64,000 nucleotides of DNA from Leptonemataceae bacterium (GTDB lineage: Bacteria > Spirochaetota > Leptospiria > Leptospirales > Leptonemataceae). Position numbers and translations under genes: made by a program. The DNA is taken from assembly GCA_965227295.1 (NCBI GenBank), contig OZ245742.1:1824001-1888000 (forward strand), written 5' to 3'. How positions within the stretch are numbered: position 1 is the first letter of the stretch; every line of letters starts with the position of its first letter. This document shows positions 31,759 to 40,971 of the stretch, in pieces. The notes under the pieces are model-generated. The model was given only the letters and a program-made list of their open reading frames with translations, was not told where the DNA came from and ran no database searches.

Positions 31759-32199
31759 TTAGCTCGCCGTAACATCCCGCCCGCTCAACTCAAACGCCGG
31801 AGCCGCGGCGAGCAGATGGCGGTCGTTGCTGTAGACTTCTTCGAAACCGTGCAGTTGCGCCGTGGCGAGATGCACCGCGTCGTTCGTTCGCAAAAATAGT
31901 TTTTTGGGCAGCGCCGCGAACTTCTCCCCCACCGCGCTGCGTACTGCTTCAGTGAGGGGATAGAAGTTCCAGACGCCGTCCACCTCGTCGGCTTCGAACC
32001 AGCGCAATACTTTGCGCGCCTCGGCCTTACTCAAACGGCCTTCGCGATAGTGACGATGCACGCCGGAATAAAATTCCAGGCGGCCAAGCACGGAACTGGC
32101 GAGCCCCGCGTCGTGTTCGTACGCGGCCGCACGGACAGCCCCGGCACCGGCCTCGTGAAGATAGCACTTCAAGATGTAGGCGGTATCGAAGTAGAGCAT
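31759..32199 (-). CDS. vapC: PIN-domain toxin (VapC family)
   Basis: YFDTAY, conserved E, LRTNDAVHLATA, SNDRHL. Confidence 0.9.
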   Translation of the reverse strand: MLYFDTAYILKCYLHEAGAGAVRAAAYEHDAGLASSVLGRLEFYSGVHRHYREGRLSKAEARKVLRWFEADEVDGVWNFYPLTEAVRSAVGEKFAALPKKLFLRTNDAVHLATAQLHGFEEVYSNDRHLLAAAPAFELSGRDVTAS

Positions 32200-32244
32200 G
32201 GGCGCCTCGCTACGGATTGTGAGTGGAGTTGTTTCGCCTTCGAT

Positions 32245-32499
32245 TCAGCGGGCGTCGCGTTCGGCGGAAACACCGGCGGCGGAGTCCGCGTCACCCAGGA
32301 ACGGAAGCTTGCGGATGTCTTTCTCACGATTCGGCAGGGCCGGACCGCCCAGCTCCATGGCGGAATAGTGACGCAGCACGGCCACCGGGCGGCCACGATC
32401 GGTGACAACGACGCTGCGCTCCCGGGCCGCCTTGCGGACCCAGTCGCCGGTGCTTTCGTGCAGTTCACGGATGGAGACGGAGTTGATGGGAGCGCTCAT
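32245..32499 (-). CDS. Phd/YefM-family antitoxin
   Basis: SVSIRELH...VVVTDRGRPVAVL; ATG 32499; upstream of vapC. Confidence 0.88.
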   Translation of the reverse strand: MSAPINSVSIRELHESTGDWVRKAARERSVVVTDRGRPVAVLRHYSAMELGGPALPNREKDIRKLPFLGDADSAAGVSAERDAR

Positions 32500-32517
32500 G
32501 TGACACATTGTGTCACA
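32499..32517. promoter_or_regulatory. toxin-antitoxin operator palindrome
   Basis: TGTGACAC-ATT-GTGTCACA, a perfect IR abutting the antitoxin start codon. Confidence 0.75.
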
Positions 32518-32608
32518 AAAATCCAACGCAAGCAACAAAAAAATCGCGGTCGAATAAAAATCTCGGAATAAGAATACCCTTCTCCGACCGGTACCACGAT
32601 CCTCGGTC

Positions 32609-33118
32609 ATGCTCCGGAATCTCTGCATCATCCTGCTCATAGTCGTGTTGCCGCTCTCGCTGCCGGCCGATACCGTCACCGAAATCGTCGTTCGCAGCGG
32701 CACACTGGACGACGCGGATCGCGAGGCACCGCTGGCCGATTCGGTGAAAGACTACGCGCCGCTCCTCAAAGCCGCGAACGAGATTCTGGAGTTGTTCCAG
32801 GCGAAAGAACATCGCAAGATCTACGACACCTACTTCAGCAAAGAGATCACCTCCCAGCTTTCGTTCGAAGAGTTCCGCAACCTGAGCATTCGCGTGGAGC
32901 AGGCCTCGGGCAAAATGGAATCGTTCAAGAAGCAGCAGTGGGATTTCCGGCACCTCAAGGCCGGGGAGCGCGAGTACCTCTCGCTGCAAAAGATCGTCCA
33001 CTTCGAAAAGAACTCGTTCGCCTTCGTGTTCACGGTTACGCCGGATCAACAAACGAAATTGATCGGCTTTCGCTTCACGCCCATCGAACTGGAGCGTCGC
33101 GGTAAGCGGCCGGAGTAA
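32609..33118 (+). CDS. secreted hypothetical protein
   Basis: Signal peptide, host-like codon usage, 11 bp upstream of the amidase. Confidence 0.7.
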   Translation: MLRNLCIILLIVVLPLSLPADTVTEIVVRSGTLDDADREAPLADSVKDYAPLLKAANEILELFQAKEHRKIYDTYFSKEITSQLSFEEFRNLSIRVEQASGKMESFKKQQWDFRHLKAGEREYLSLQKIVHFEKNSFAFVFTVTPDQQTKLIGFRFTPIELERRGKRPE

Positions 33119-33129
33119 GCGAGGACAAC

Positions 33130-34680
33130 ATGCCGAAACTCCTGAGCGATGCGGAAATCTTAACTGCCGGTGTCCAGCAGTTAGTCGATGCATACCAGAA
33201 GAAACGCTGCACGCCGTCCCGGGCGGTGGAGGTTTTTATTGCTCACCAGGAGCGCCTGAATCCGCGGCTGAACCTCGTTACTGCCGATCGGTACGCGGAA
33301 GCGCGCAAAGAAGCCGCTGCCGCGGATCGCAAGTGGAAGTCCGACCGCGTGTCGGCACAGCAGCCGTTGCTCGGCGTACCTGTGAGCATGAAGGATTCCT
33401 TTCACGTCGGCGGTATGGCGACGCAGTGCGGCGTGGATGCCGAGCGGCTGATGCAGCGCGCCCCGGAAGCGGGGGCGTTGTTCCGCGAACCACAGGCGCA
33501 GGACGGCAACCTCGTGGCAAAACTACGGGCGGCGGGGGCCATCATTCTGAACAAGTCGAACACGCCGACGTTTTGCTTTTGCCAGGAAAGCGACAGCTAC
33601 GGCTTCGGCCGCGCGAACAATCCCTGGAACCCCGCGTACACCACCGGCGGTTCGTCCGGCGGCGAGGCCGCCCTGATTGCCGTGGGGGGAGCGGCCGCCG
33701 GTTTCGGCTCGGACATCGGCGGCTCCATTCGTTTTCCCGCCCACTTCAACGGCGTGGTGGGTTTTAAGAGTGCGGCGCACAGCATCGCGGATCCCGGCCA
33801 TTTGCCGGGCGCGGCGAGCGAAGCCTGGCAACGCATGGGCGTTTTCGGACCGATCACAAAGTCCGTAAGTGATGCGGCGTTGATGTTTGCGATTGCGGCG
33901 AAACCGGAGCTGAAGTTCCAACCACCGGCGCGCGGCAAAATCGCGAAAGATCTGCACGTCCTGACCTTCGGCGACATTCCCGAAACGAAGACCCGCTGTA
34001 CGCCGGAGACGCTTGCGGTGTTGCGTCGTGTTCAGGACTGGTTCCGGGAAAAGAACGTAAGCGTCAGCGAAGAACGGCCCGCCGCCATCCGGCAGGCCGC
34101 GGACATCTGGCAACTCTACATGAGCGAGGACGGCGGCGCCTACATCGGCGGCCTGGCTTACCCGCACGCGCAAAAGACTTCCGGCAACGCGCAGAAGCCC
34201 GGCCCGGGATTGCGAAGGTTTCTTGCGGACTTCCTGAAAGCGAAGCTCGGCCTGCGCGCCCATCAGCACCCGTATCTCTCCTGGGGGCTCATGGGCACCG
34301 CACTGTTCCAGCCGTCGGCGAAACAGCTGACCTGGATGCAGGCGCAACTCGACGCGGCCCGCGCCGAAATCGGCCAAATCTTAGGTGCCGGCGGCCTCAT
34401 GTTAACGCCGGTGTATCCGTCGCCGGCAAAGGCGCACGGCGAAGTCTACAGCGAGATCTTTCACATTACGAAGACGTTTCGCCGGGTGTTGCCGTTCATG
34501 GCGCTGATCACGAACCTGGGCCTGCCCGCGCTCTCGCTGCCCCTGGGACAATCGCGCGACGGGATGCCCATCGGCCTGCAGCTCGCCGCGCTGCCCGGCA
34601 ACGAGAAGCTGCTCTTCGAAACGGCGCTGGTGCTGGAAAAAGAATTCGGCGGCTATCACCGCTGCACGGCCTACGACTGA
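33130..34680 (+). CDS. amidase signature family protein
   Basis: GVPVSMKD, GGSSGG, GSDIGGSIRFPA, PIGLQ. Confidence 0.93.
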   Translation: MPKLLSDAEILTAGVQQLVDAYQKKRCTPSRAVEVFIAHQERLNPRLNLVTADRYAEARKEAAAADRKWKSDRVSAQQPLLGVPVSMKDSFHVGGMATQCGVDAERLMQRAPEAGALFREPQAQDGNLVAKLRAAGAIILNKSNTPTFCFCQESDSYGFGRANNPWNPAYTTGGSSGGEAALIAVGGAAAGFGSDIGGSIRFPAHFNGVVGFKSAAHSIADPGHLPGAASEAWQRMGVFGPITKSVSDAALMFAIAAKPELKFQPPARGKIAKDLHVLTFGDIPETKTRCTPETLAVLRRVQDWFREKNVSVSEERPAAIRQAADIWQLYMSEDGGAYIGGLAYPHAQKTSGNAQKPGPGLRRFLADFLKAKLGLRAHQHPYLSWGLMGTALFQPSAKQLTWMQAQLDAARAEIGQILGAGGLMLTPVYPSPAKAHGEVYSEIFHITKTFRRVLPFMALITNLGLPALSLPLGQSRDGMPIGLQLAALPGNEKLLFETALVLEKEFGGYHRCTAYD

Positions 34681-35837
34681 GACGCCGCGGGTTCTGCGTT
34701 TTTCGGCGCGGGAGCGGCGGTACAGCTTTGCGCCGCCGCCTCCAGGCGACCGACCGCCGCCGTGAACTCGGCGCGTTGTTTTTGCAGACTCTGCTCCAGA
34801 TCGACGAGGCGTTTAATGTAGGTATCCTTCGACGCCGCGAGCTGTTGTTCCAGGCCACGCGACTTTTCGTTCGCCGCGACGAGTTGCTGCTCGGCCGACC
34901 GCCGTTGGGACACGGCCGCCTGTAGCTCCGTTTCCACTTTCCCGCGCAGGCCCCGAATCTCCTCGCTCATACCGCCGATCCTCTCCTGAGCGATCTCGAC
35001 TTCCGCCTCCAGCTCCGACTTCTCCTGCTGTAACGTACTCACCAGCGCCCGGGCATCGCTTAGCTTTTTCTCGGCGACGGTTATGCGATCCGCCGCATCC
35101 GTTTCGGTTCTTGCCGCCCTCGCCTCCGCGGCCGCGCGCTCCTGCTGTGCCGTGCCGATTTCCTGCTGTGCCGCGGCCAGGCTCGCGCTCAGCCGTTCGC
35201 GTTCTTCTCGCAGTATGATGATTTTGCCCTGCTCCCGGGCCAGTTCGGTGCGGGCCTCCGCTAACTTCTCCTCGGCGGACTTTACCTGCTGGAGCAGATT
35301 CTCGCTCAACGCCTGGAACTGCTCGACGATTTCCGCCGCGCCGCCACGCAGGCTGCTGCGTACATCACCGAGATTCTTCGAGAGGCGATCGAACTCCTCG
35401 CGGCTCTGGCGGTCCGACTCAATGCGGCTTTCGAGCAGCATGATGTGCCGGATGCTGTCCGCGCCGAACGAGAACACGGCGTTGAACGCGAAGAAGACGA
35501 TGCCGACGAGCCCCACCATCGTGACCTTGCGCCGGCCCGTCTCCGGATCCATCACGGAAAGATCGTTGAGGGCCGCGTAAATTCCGAAGATGGTCGCGAA
35601 GGCCGTGGCGATGGCTTTAATATAGAGGAAAATCGCGTCACGATCGGCGTCGCCCAGGAAGAAGAGGAGGATCAGCGCCACAATCCAGAGTACGTAGCCG
35701 AGCACGGCGACCACGCGCAGAAAACCGCGGCGGCCTTCGCGGCGCACCGAAAGAAAGACGAACAGCGCGCCGGTAAGCAAAAACACGGCGCTGAAGCCGT
35801 ATTGGAGGATGTCGACAATTGCATTGTAAGGAAACAT
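34671..35837 (-). CDS. membrane protein with a long coiled coil
   Basis: Four N-terminal TM helices followed by ~240 aa of heptad-rich sequence. Confidence 0.75.
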   Translation of the reverse strand: MFPYNAIVDILQYGFSAVFLLTGALFVFLSVRREGRRGFLRVVAVLGYVLWIVALILLFFLGDADRDAIFLYIKAIATAFATIFGIYAALNDLSVMDPETGRRKVTMVGLVGIVFFAFNAVFSFGADSIRHIMLLESRIESDRQSREEFDRLSKNLGDVRSSLRGGAAEIVEQFQALSENLLQQVKSAEEKLAEARTELAREQGKIIILREERERLSASLAAAQQEIGTAQQERAAAEARAARTETDAADRITVAEKKLSDARALVSTLQQEKSELEAEVEIAQERIGGMSEEIRGLRGKVETELQAAVSQRRSAEQQLVAANEKSRGLEQQLAASKDTYIKRLVDLEQSLQKQRAEFTAAVGRLEAAAQSCTAAPAPKNAEPAASQS

Positions 35838-35961
35838 ATCCGCGCCTCAAATAAACGATTGCCACATTTGTGTACAACCGCTGTCATCGTGCTGCACGTA
35901 GCATTGCACGATGTCCTCTGCCGTGTCTACGTTATCTTCATCGTCTCAGGCCCCAGCAACT

Positions 35962-36864
35962 ATGACCCGGCCCGTCCACGTTTCATCCGATCTCACCGGC
36001 GCGCGCGGCCATCGGCTTCGCCTGTACGCGCATCGCGGCGCGAACTTCATTCATCCGGAGAATACCATGCCGGCCTTCCGGCGGGCACTGGCCGACGGGG
36101 CCACACACCTGGAGATGGACGTCCATCGCACGGCGGACGGGGAGATCGTCGTGCATCACGATGCCACCGGCGAACGCCTGGCCGGGGTCGCGAAGTTCGT
36201 GCGCGATTGCAGCGTGGCCGAGATACGCGCCTGGGACGCCGGCGCGCGCTTTGAACGTCGCGGGAATCTCGCGGGCGAAGCGGCGCCGGAGCGCTACGAG
36301 GTGCCGCTCTTCGGCGAGGTCCTGGACGCCTTTCCGAAAGTTACGGTGAATGTGGACATCAAACAGCACGATGACATTGCGGTGGGCGACGTGCTGCGGC
36401 TCATCGAAGGCCGCGGCGCCACCGGCCGCGTGGTGATCAACAGCTTCAGCCCGCGCGTCATTGCCCGGGTGCGGCGCTTCGGTTATCCCGGCGAAACCGG
36501 CGTGTCCGTCCCCGATCTTTTACGTTTGCGCTACTATCCGCGCTTTTTGTTGAACCCGGCCATGATCCGCGGCGAGGCGTTGCAGATGCCGGTGCACAGT
36601 GAGGTGAAGTCGCGCTACCTGCGATTTCTTCTGGGTTCGCACGTGCACTTCGATCGGCCGGAGCTGTTGCGTCGTGCGCACCTGGCGGGCGTGCGCGTGG
36701 ACTTCTGGGTCGTGAACGATCCCATGGAGGCCCGGCGATTGCTGGAGTTCGGCGCGGACGGCATCATGACCGACGACCCCGCATCGATTGGGCCGATTTT
36801 CCTGGAGTATGCGCGTTCCAGCGGCCGCGCCGTGGACGGCGGAGATACGGAAAAAACTTCTTAA
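35962..36864 (+). CDS. glycerophosphodiester phosphodiesterase
   Basis: AHRG, PENT, EMDV, HHD, WVVND, GADGIMTDDP. Confidence 0.93.
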   Translation: MTRPVHVSSDLTGARGHRLRLYAHRGANFIHPENTMPAFRRALADGATHLEMDVHRTADGEIVVHHDATGERLAGVAKFVRDCSVAEIRAWDAGARFERRGNLAGEAAPERYEVPLFGEVLDAFPKVTVNVDIKQHDDIAVGDVLRLIEGRGATGRVVINSFSPRVIARVRRFGYPGETGVSVPDLLRLRYYPRFLLNPAMIRGEALQMPVHSEVKSRYLRFLLGSHVHFDRPELLRRAHLAGVRVDFWVVNDPMEARRLLEFGADGIMTDDPASIGPIFLEYARSSGRAVDGGDTEKTS

Positions 36865-37060
36865 TTCTTAGAAAAAAGGGACTTGCATTTCTGCGCCTGG
36901 CTTATAGAAACAAGTTCGTATTGCGGTACTTTCTCTCATCGCACGCTTCTCATTCGTCTTTGAGCATCGCCTCAGCGGTGCCGGTCTCTCGCAGACCCTT
37001 TCCTCACACACAAAACATTTTTTGTTACTCCCTGCTTCCCGGGGTTCGGCGAGGTTTATT

Positions 37061-37204
37061 TTGAAAAGAATCCGTCCCGGCGACAAAACCAACCAACTGC
37101 GCGGAGCTTCCTACGATCTGCTGGAACGCCTGCGCCGCAAACTCAGGCCCTCACCGGCCGAACGGAGATTCTGGCGACACTGGCAATTCGCCGCTAAGTT
37201 TTAA
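37061..37204 (+). pseudogene. possible N-terminal remnant of a DUF559-like endonuclease
   Basis: GASYDLLERLRRKLRPSPAERRFW resembles the typical DUF559 start (ARxLRxxxTxAExxLW), then stops early. Confidence 0.35.
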
Positions 37205-37253
37205 GAATGTATTCTTAGTACTTGCACGCCCTGAAGATGATGAGGCAATAATC

Positions 37254-37481
37254 TTTTGGGCGCGTCGCCTTCGGCGACCGGGCTGCTACGGGCGCCGCTA
37301 TCGCTTCGGTCGCGCTACGCGCGACGGCCTTCGGCCCCCTTCGCATCCCTCGCGCTTGAATTCCGGTGCTCTTCGCGCGAGCGATTGGAGGGGTGGCCGA
37401 AGGCCAGTCTCGGCCGCAGGCCGAGACCGCAGCGAAGCGGAGCCCCGGAAAGCGCGGTCGCCGAAGGCGACGCGCCCAAAA
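37254..37481. repeat. REPIN-like inverted doublet of a palindromic REP-type unit
   Basis: 27-bp perfect terminal IR TTTTGGGCGCGTCGCCTTCGGCGACCG; several internal GC hairpins with TTC/GAA/GCA triloops. Confidence 0.85.
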
Positions 37482-37555
37482 AATCCCTACTTCATATTCT
37501 TCGGGGCGGCGAAAAAATTCTGGCCCTTCTACTTGTCTTCGGCGATTTTGCGCGC

Positions 37556-38935
37556 ATGGCCACGCATTCCCGCACTCGCGAAGAACTCATTCGAGAAATC
37601 AAAGACTCCGGTACGCAGAAGATCAAAGTCGCCATCACGGACATCGACGGGGTCCTGCGCGGCAAGTACATCCACGTCGATAAATTCCTGGGCGCCCTCG
37701 AAAAAGGCTTCGGCTTCTGCAACGTCGTCTTCGGCTGGGACGTCGCCGACGAAGTCTACGACTACGTTCCATACACCGGCTGGCACACGGGATACCCCGA
37801 CGCGAACGCGCGTATCGATGAAGGCACCTATCGTCGCGTGCCGTGGGACGAACACGTGCCGTTTTTCCTGGCCGACTTCGAAAGCGAAGGCGGCGGACCG
37901 CTGGCCGTATGTCCGCGCCAGGTGTTGAAGCAGGTCATCGCAAAGGCCGCGTCCATGGGCTACAGCGCGAAGTTCGGCGTAGAACTCGAGTTCTTTAACT
38001 TCGAAGAGAATCCCGCCTCGTTGCACGAAAAAGGGTTTCGGGACATGGATTCGCTCACGCCGGGCATGTTCGGTTATTCCCTGCTGCGCAGCTCGTACGA
38101 TCAGCCTTACTTTCGAAACTTAATGGACGAACTCGGTCAGTTCGATGTGCCGCTCGAAGGCCTGCACACGGAAACCGGTCCCGGCGTTTTCGAAGCCGGC
38201 ATCTACGTCGCCGATGCCCTGGAAGCCGCCGACCGCGCGGTGTTGTTCAAGAGCGGGGCGAAAGAGATCGCGTATCGTCACGGCATTGTTCCGACGTTCA
38301 TGGCGCGCTGGAATACGAAGCTGCCTGGTTCCAGCGGTCACGTGCACCAGAGCCTGTGGAACCAGGACGGCTCGCAGGCGCTCTTTCACAACGAGAACGA
38401 TCCGCATAAAATGAGCGATATTTTCAAAAATTACCTGGCCGGTCTCATCCACTGTCTCCCGGAAGTGCTGCCCATGCTCGCGCCGAACGTGAACAGCTAC
38501 AAACGGTTGGTCGAGGGTTTCTGGGCGCCGACGACCATGACCTGGGGTGTCGACAATCGTACGGTGGCGCTGCGGGTAATCCAGGGCTCCGAGAAATCCA
38601 CGCGCGTCGAAGGGCGCATCGGCGGCGCGGACATCAATCCCTACCTGGCCGTCGCCGCGTATCTGGCCGCGGGGCTCTACGGCATCGAGAAGGGGCTCAA
38701 GCTGGAGCAGGCGGCCGTCACCGGCAACGGCTACGAAATCAAGGACCCGCACATTCCGCGACTCGCTAACAATCTCAAAGATGCAGCTAAGATGATGCGC
38801 GATTCCCTGGTCGCCCGGGACCTCTTCGGCGCGGACTTCGTCGAACACTACACCACCACGCGACTCTGGGAAGTCCGCCAGGCCGAGCAGGCCGTAACGG
38901 ACTGGGAGTTGAAGCGGTACTTTGAGATTATCTGA
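37556..38935 (+). CDS. glutamine synthetase-family gamma-glutamyl ligase (PuuA-like)
   Basis: DIDGVLRGK, ELEF, HTETGPG, GSSGHVHQS, NSYKRL, WGVDNR, EGRIGGADINPY. ATG 37556. Confidence 0.92.
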   Translation: MATHSRTREELIREIKDSGTQKIKVAITDIDGVLRGKYIHVDKFLGALEKGFGFCNVVFGWDVADEVYDYVPYTGWHTGYPDANARIDEGTYRRVPWDEHVPFFLADFESEGGGPLAVCPRQVLKQVIAKAASMGYSAKFGVELEFFNFEENPASLHEKGFRDMDSLTPGMFGYSLLRSSYDQPYFRNLMDELGQFDVPLEGLHTETGPGVFEAGIYVADALEAADRAVLFKSGAKEIAYRHGIVPTFMARWNTKLPGSSGHVHQSLWNQDGSQALFHNENDPHKMSDIFKNYLAGLIHCLPEVLPMLAPNVNSYKRLVEGFWAPTTMTWGVDNRTVALRVIQGSEKSTRVEGRIGGADINPYLAVAAYLAAGLYGIEKGLKLEQAAVTGNGYEIKDPHIPRLANNLKDAAKMMRDSLVARDLFGADFVEHYTTTRLWEVRQAEQAVTDWELKRYFEII

Positions 38936-38961
38936 GCGTTTTCACCGCTTCGAAGAATAGA

Positions 38962-38996
38962 TTGACACCGAGGACCGAGGCCCCGAGGGAAAGATG
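38962..38996 (+). repeat. solo GxxExxY-type terminal repeat
   Basis: TTGACACCGAGGACCGAGGCCCCGAGGGAAAGATG matches the GxxExxY left end at 40371. Confidence 0.75.
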
Positions 38997-38999
38997 AGT

Positions 39000-39071
39000 C
39001 CTATCTCTTGCCCGGCGCGCAGCGTCCGGTGCGGCCGTGAGGACGCAGCGCGTTAGCGCGCAAGAGATGGG
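39000..39071. repeat. nested palindromic (REP-like) hairpin
   Basis: Outer ATCTCTTGC/GCAAGAGAT and inner GCGTCC/GGACGC stems. Confidence 0.5.
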
Positions 39072-39176
39072 CCGCAAATGCAACCAGCATAACACAGGAT
39101 GTGTTATGCGTATGAACTGAAAACAGGAACCGTGCACAGGTGAAGGCAGGATGCCTGAGCCGGTGCGCAACTATAT

Positions 39177-40361
39177 ATGAAAGAGATACATAAATTTAGT
39201 TTCCCCACCCAGATCTTCTTCGGCGCGGGTGCGCGGCATTTGCTGGCGCGCGAGTTAAAACAACGCGGCGTGGAGCGGCCGGTCATCGTCACCGATGACA
39301 TGATCGCGAAGCTGCCGTTCACCGGCGAACTCAAGGACGAGCTGACCCAGGCCAATCTGCAAACGGCCGTTTACGCCGCGCCGTCCGGCAATCCGGTGGA
39401 GTCCCACGTAACGAACGGCGCCGCGGCCTATCGCGAGCATAAGGGCGACGCCATCATCGCCATGGGCGGCGGCGCGGCCGTGGACATCGCGAAAGCCGTG
39501 GCGGTGATGATCGATCATCCCGGCAAACTCTTCGATTACGAGGACGGCCGGGAAGGCGCGCCGCCGATTCTCAAAGAAAAAATTCCCGTAATGGTCGCCA
39601 TCCCGACGACCGCCGGTACCGGCAGCGAGGTCGGGCGGAGCACGGTTATCTCCGAAGAAGATACGCACATCAAACGCATCATCTTCTCGCCGTACATTCT
39701 GCCCGTCGCCGTCTTCGCCGATCCGGAACTGTTGCTCGGCCTGCCCGCCGGCGTTACCGCCGCCACCGGCATGGACGCACTGACGCACTGCATCGAAGCG
39801 CGCCTGGCGAAGGGCTTTCATCCGTTCTGTGACGGCCTGGCCATGGAAGGCATGCGCCTGTGCGCGGAATCGCTGCGAGACTGCGTAACTTTCGCCGAAC
39901 AGAAGTCTGGCGCGACTCCGGAACATGTGCATGCGCGCGGGCTCATGCTCAACGCCTCGATGATGGGCGCCGTCGCTTTTCAAAAAGGCCTCGGTGTTAC
40001 GCACAGCCTGGCGCATTCGCTCTCGACGGTCCACGATCTGCATCACGGCCTCGCGAACGGCATTATGCTCGACTACGCCATGAAGTTCAACGCCGACGCC
40101 CCGGAGCTGGCGGACGTCTTTTCTCAGATGGCCCGCATCGTTCGCGCGCCGCAAGAAACACCCGCCGGCTTCGTGGACTGGCTGGCGAAACTCAAGGCCG
40201 ACTTAAAGATTCCCGCGGGGCTCAAGTCTCACGGACTCGGCACGGAGAAGATCGACGACCTCGTTAAGTTCGCCTCGCTGGATCTTTGCCATACGCTGAA
40301 TCCGAGGGGAGTGAGCGAGGGGGACTTCCGGTCGATGTACGAGGCCGCGCTGAGTGCTTGA
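39177..40361 (+). CDS. iron-containing alcohol dehydrogenase
   Basis: GGG..D, IPTTAGTGSE, DALTHCIE, HSLAH, HHGLAN. Confidence 0.95.
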   Translation: MKEIHKFSFPTQIFFGAGARHLLARELKQRGVERPVIVTDDMIAKLPFTGELKDELTQANLQTAVYAAPSGNPVESHVTNGAAAYREHKGDAIIAMGGGAAVDIAKAVAVMIDHPGKLFDYEDGREGAPPILKEKIPVMVAIPTTAGTGSEVGRSTVISEEDTHIKRIIFSPYILPVAVFADPELLLGLPAGVTAATGMDALTHCIEARLAKGFHPFCDGLAMEGMRLCAESLRDCVTFAEQKSGATPEHVHARGLMLNASMMGAVAFQKGLGVTHSLAHSLSTVHDLHHGLANGIMLDYAMKFNADAPELADVFSQMARIVRAPQETPAGFVDWLAKLKADLKIPAGLKSHGLGTEKIDDLVKFASLDLCHTLNPRGVSEGDFRSMYEAALSA

Positions 40362-40370
40362 AGAGGGATG

Positions 40371-40960
40371 GACTCCGAGGACCGAGGGGTCGAGGGGAAG
40401 ATGGAGGGATGTTGGTTGATTTGAGTTGATTTGCAATTTTTTGGAGAGGGCGATGAAAAAGGTGGAACGATTTGCGGCTTTGGTGCCCTCTCCGGGCATG
40501 AGATTTCCGCGTGGATCGTTTCCGACCGACCGCATCACCGAAAAAATTATCGGCTGTGCCATTGAAGTTCATCGAAATCTCGGTCCGGGGTTACTCGAGT
40601 CGGCCTACGAACTTTGTCTGGTATATGAGTTGGAAAACGCGAACTGCTCGTTTCAACGCCAGGTAGAACTCCCGCTGACTTACAAAGGACTTCATCTGAG
40701 TGCAGGATACAGGATGGACTTCATTGTTGAGGGACGCGTTATCATTGAGATCAAAGCCGTCGAATCGATCAAGCCGGTGCATTACGCCCAGCTGATGACA
40801 TACATGCGCCTCAGCCAGAAACCGACAGGCTTGCTACTGAACTTTCACAGCCCCTACATGCGCACCGGCATCAAAAGACTGAGACTCCAGACATAACAAA
40901 CCAATGTTCATGTATGAAATACTCTCCCATCCTCCCCTCGGTTCCTCGGTCCTCGGAGTT
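40371..40960 (+). mobile_element. GxxExxY cassette bounded by ~40-bp imperfect terminal inverted repeats
   Basis: Left GACTCCGAGGACCGAGGGGTCGAGGGGAAGATGG; reverse complement of the right end AACTCCGAGGACCGAGGAACCGAGGGGAGGATGG. Confidence 0.75.
40453..40896 (+). CDS. GxxExxY protein (PD-(D/E)xK nuclease-like)
   Basis: [52 protein letters not shown]. Start 40453 (GGAG RBS) or 40498. Confidence 0.95.
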   Translation: MKKVERFAALVPSPGMRFPRGSFPTDRITEKIIGCAIEVHRNLGPGLLESAYELCLVYELENANCSFQRQVELPLTYKGLHLSAGYRMDFIVEGRVIIEIKAVESIKPVHYAQLMTYMRLSQKPTGLLLNFHSPYMRTGIKRLRLQT

Positions 40961-40971
40961 AACGATTCCCC

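Noticed and set aside
37256-37555. 100-aa N-terminal extension of the GS-like ORF
   Set aside because: It is read-through of the REPIN palindrome; family similarity begins near ATG 37556.
37556-38935. Canonical glnA
   Set aside because: Context with PuuD, ALDH and ADH and the N-terminal DIDGVLRGK pattern fit gamma-glutamyl-amine ligases better.
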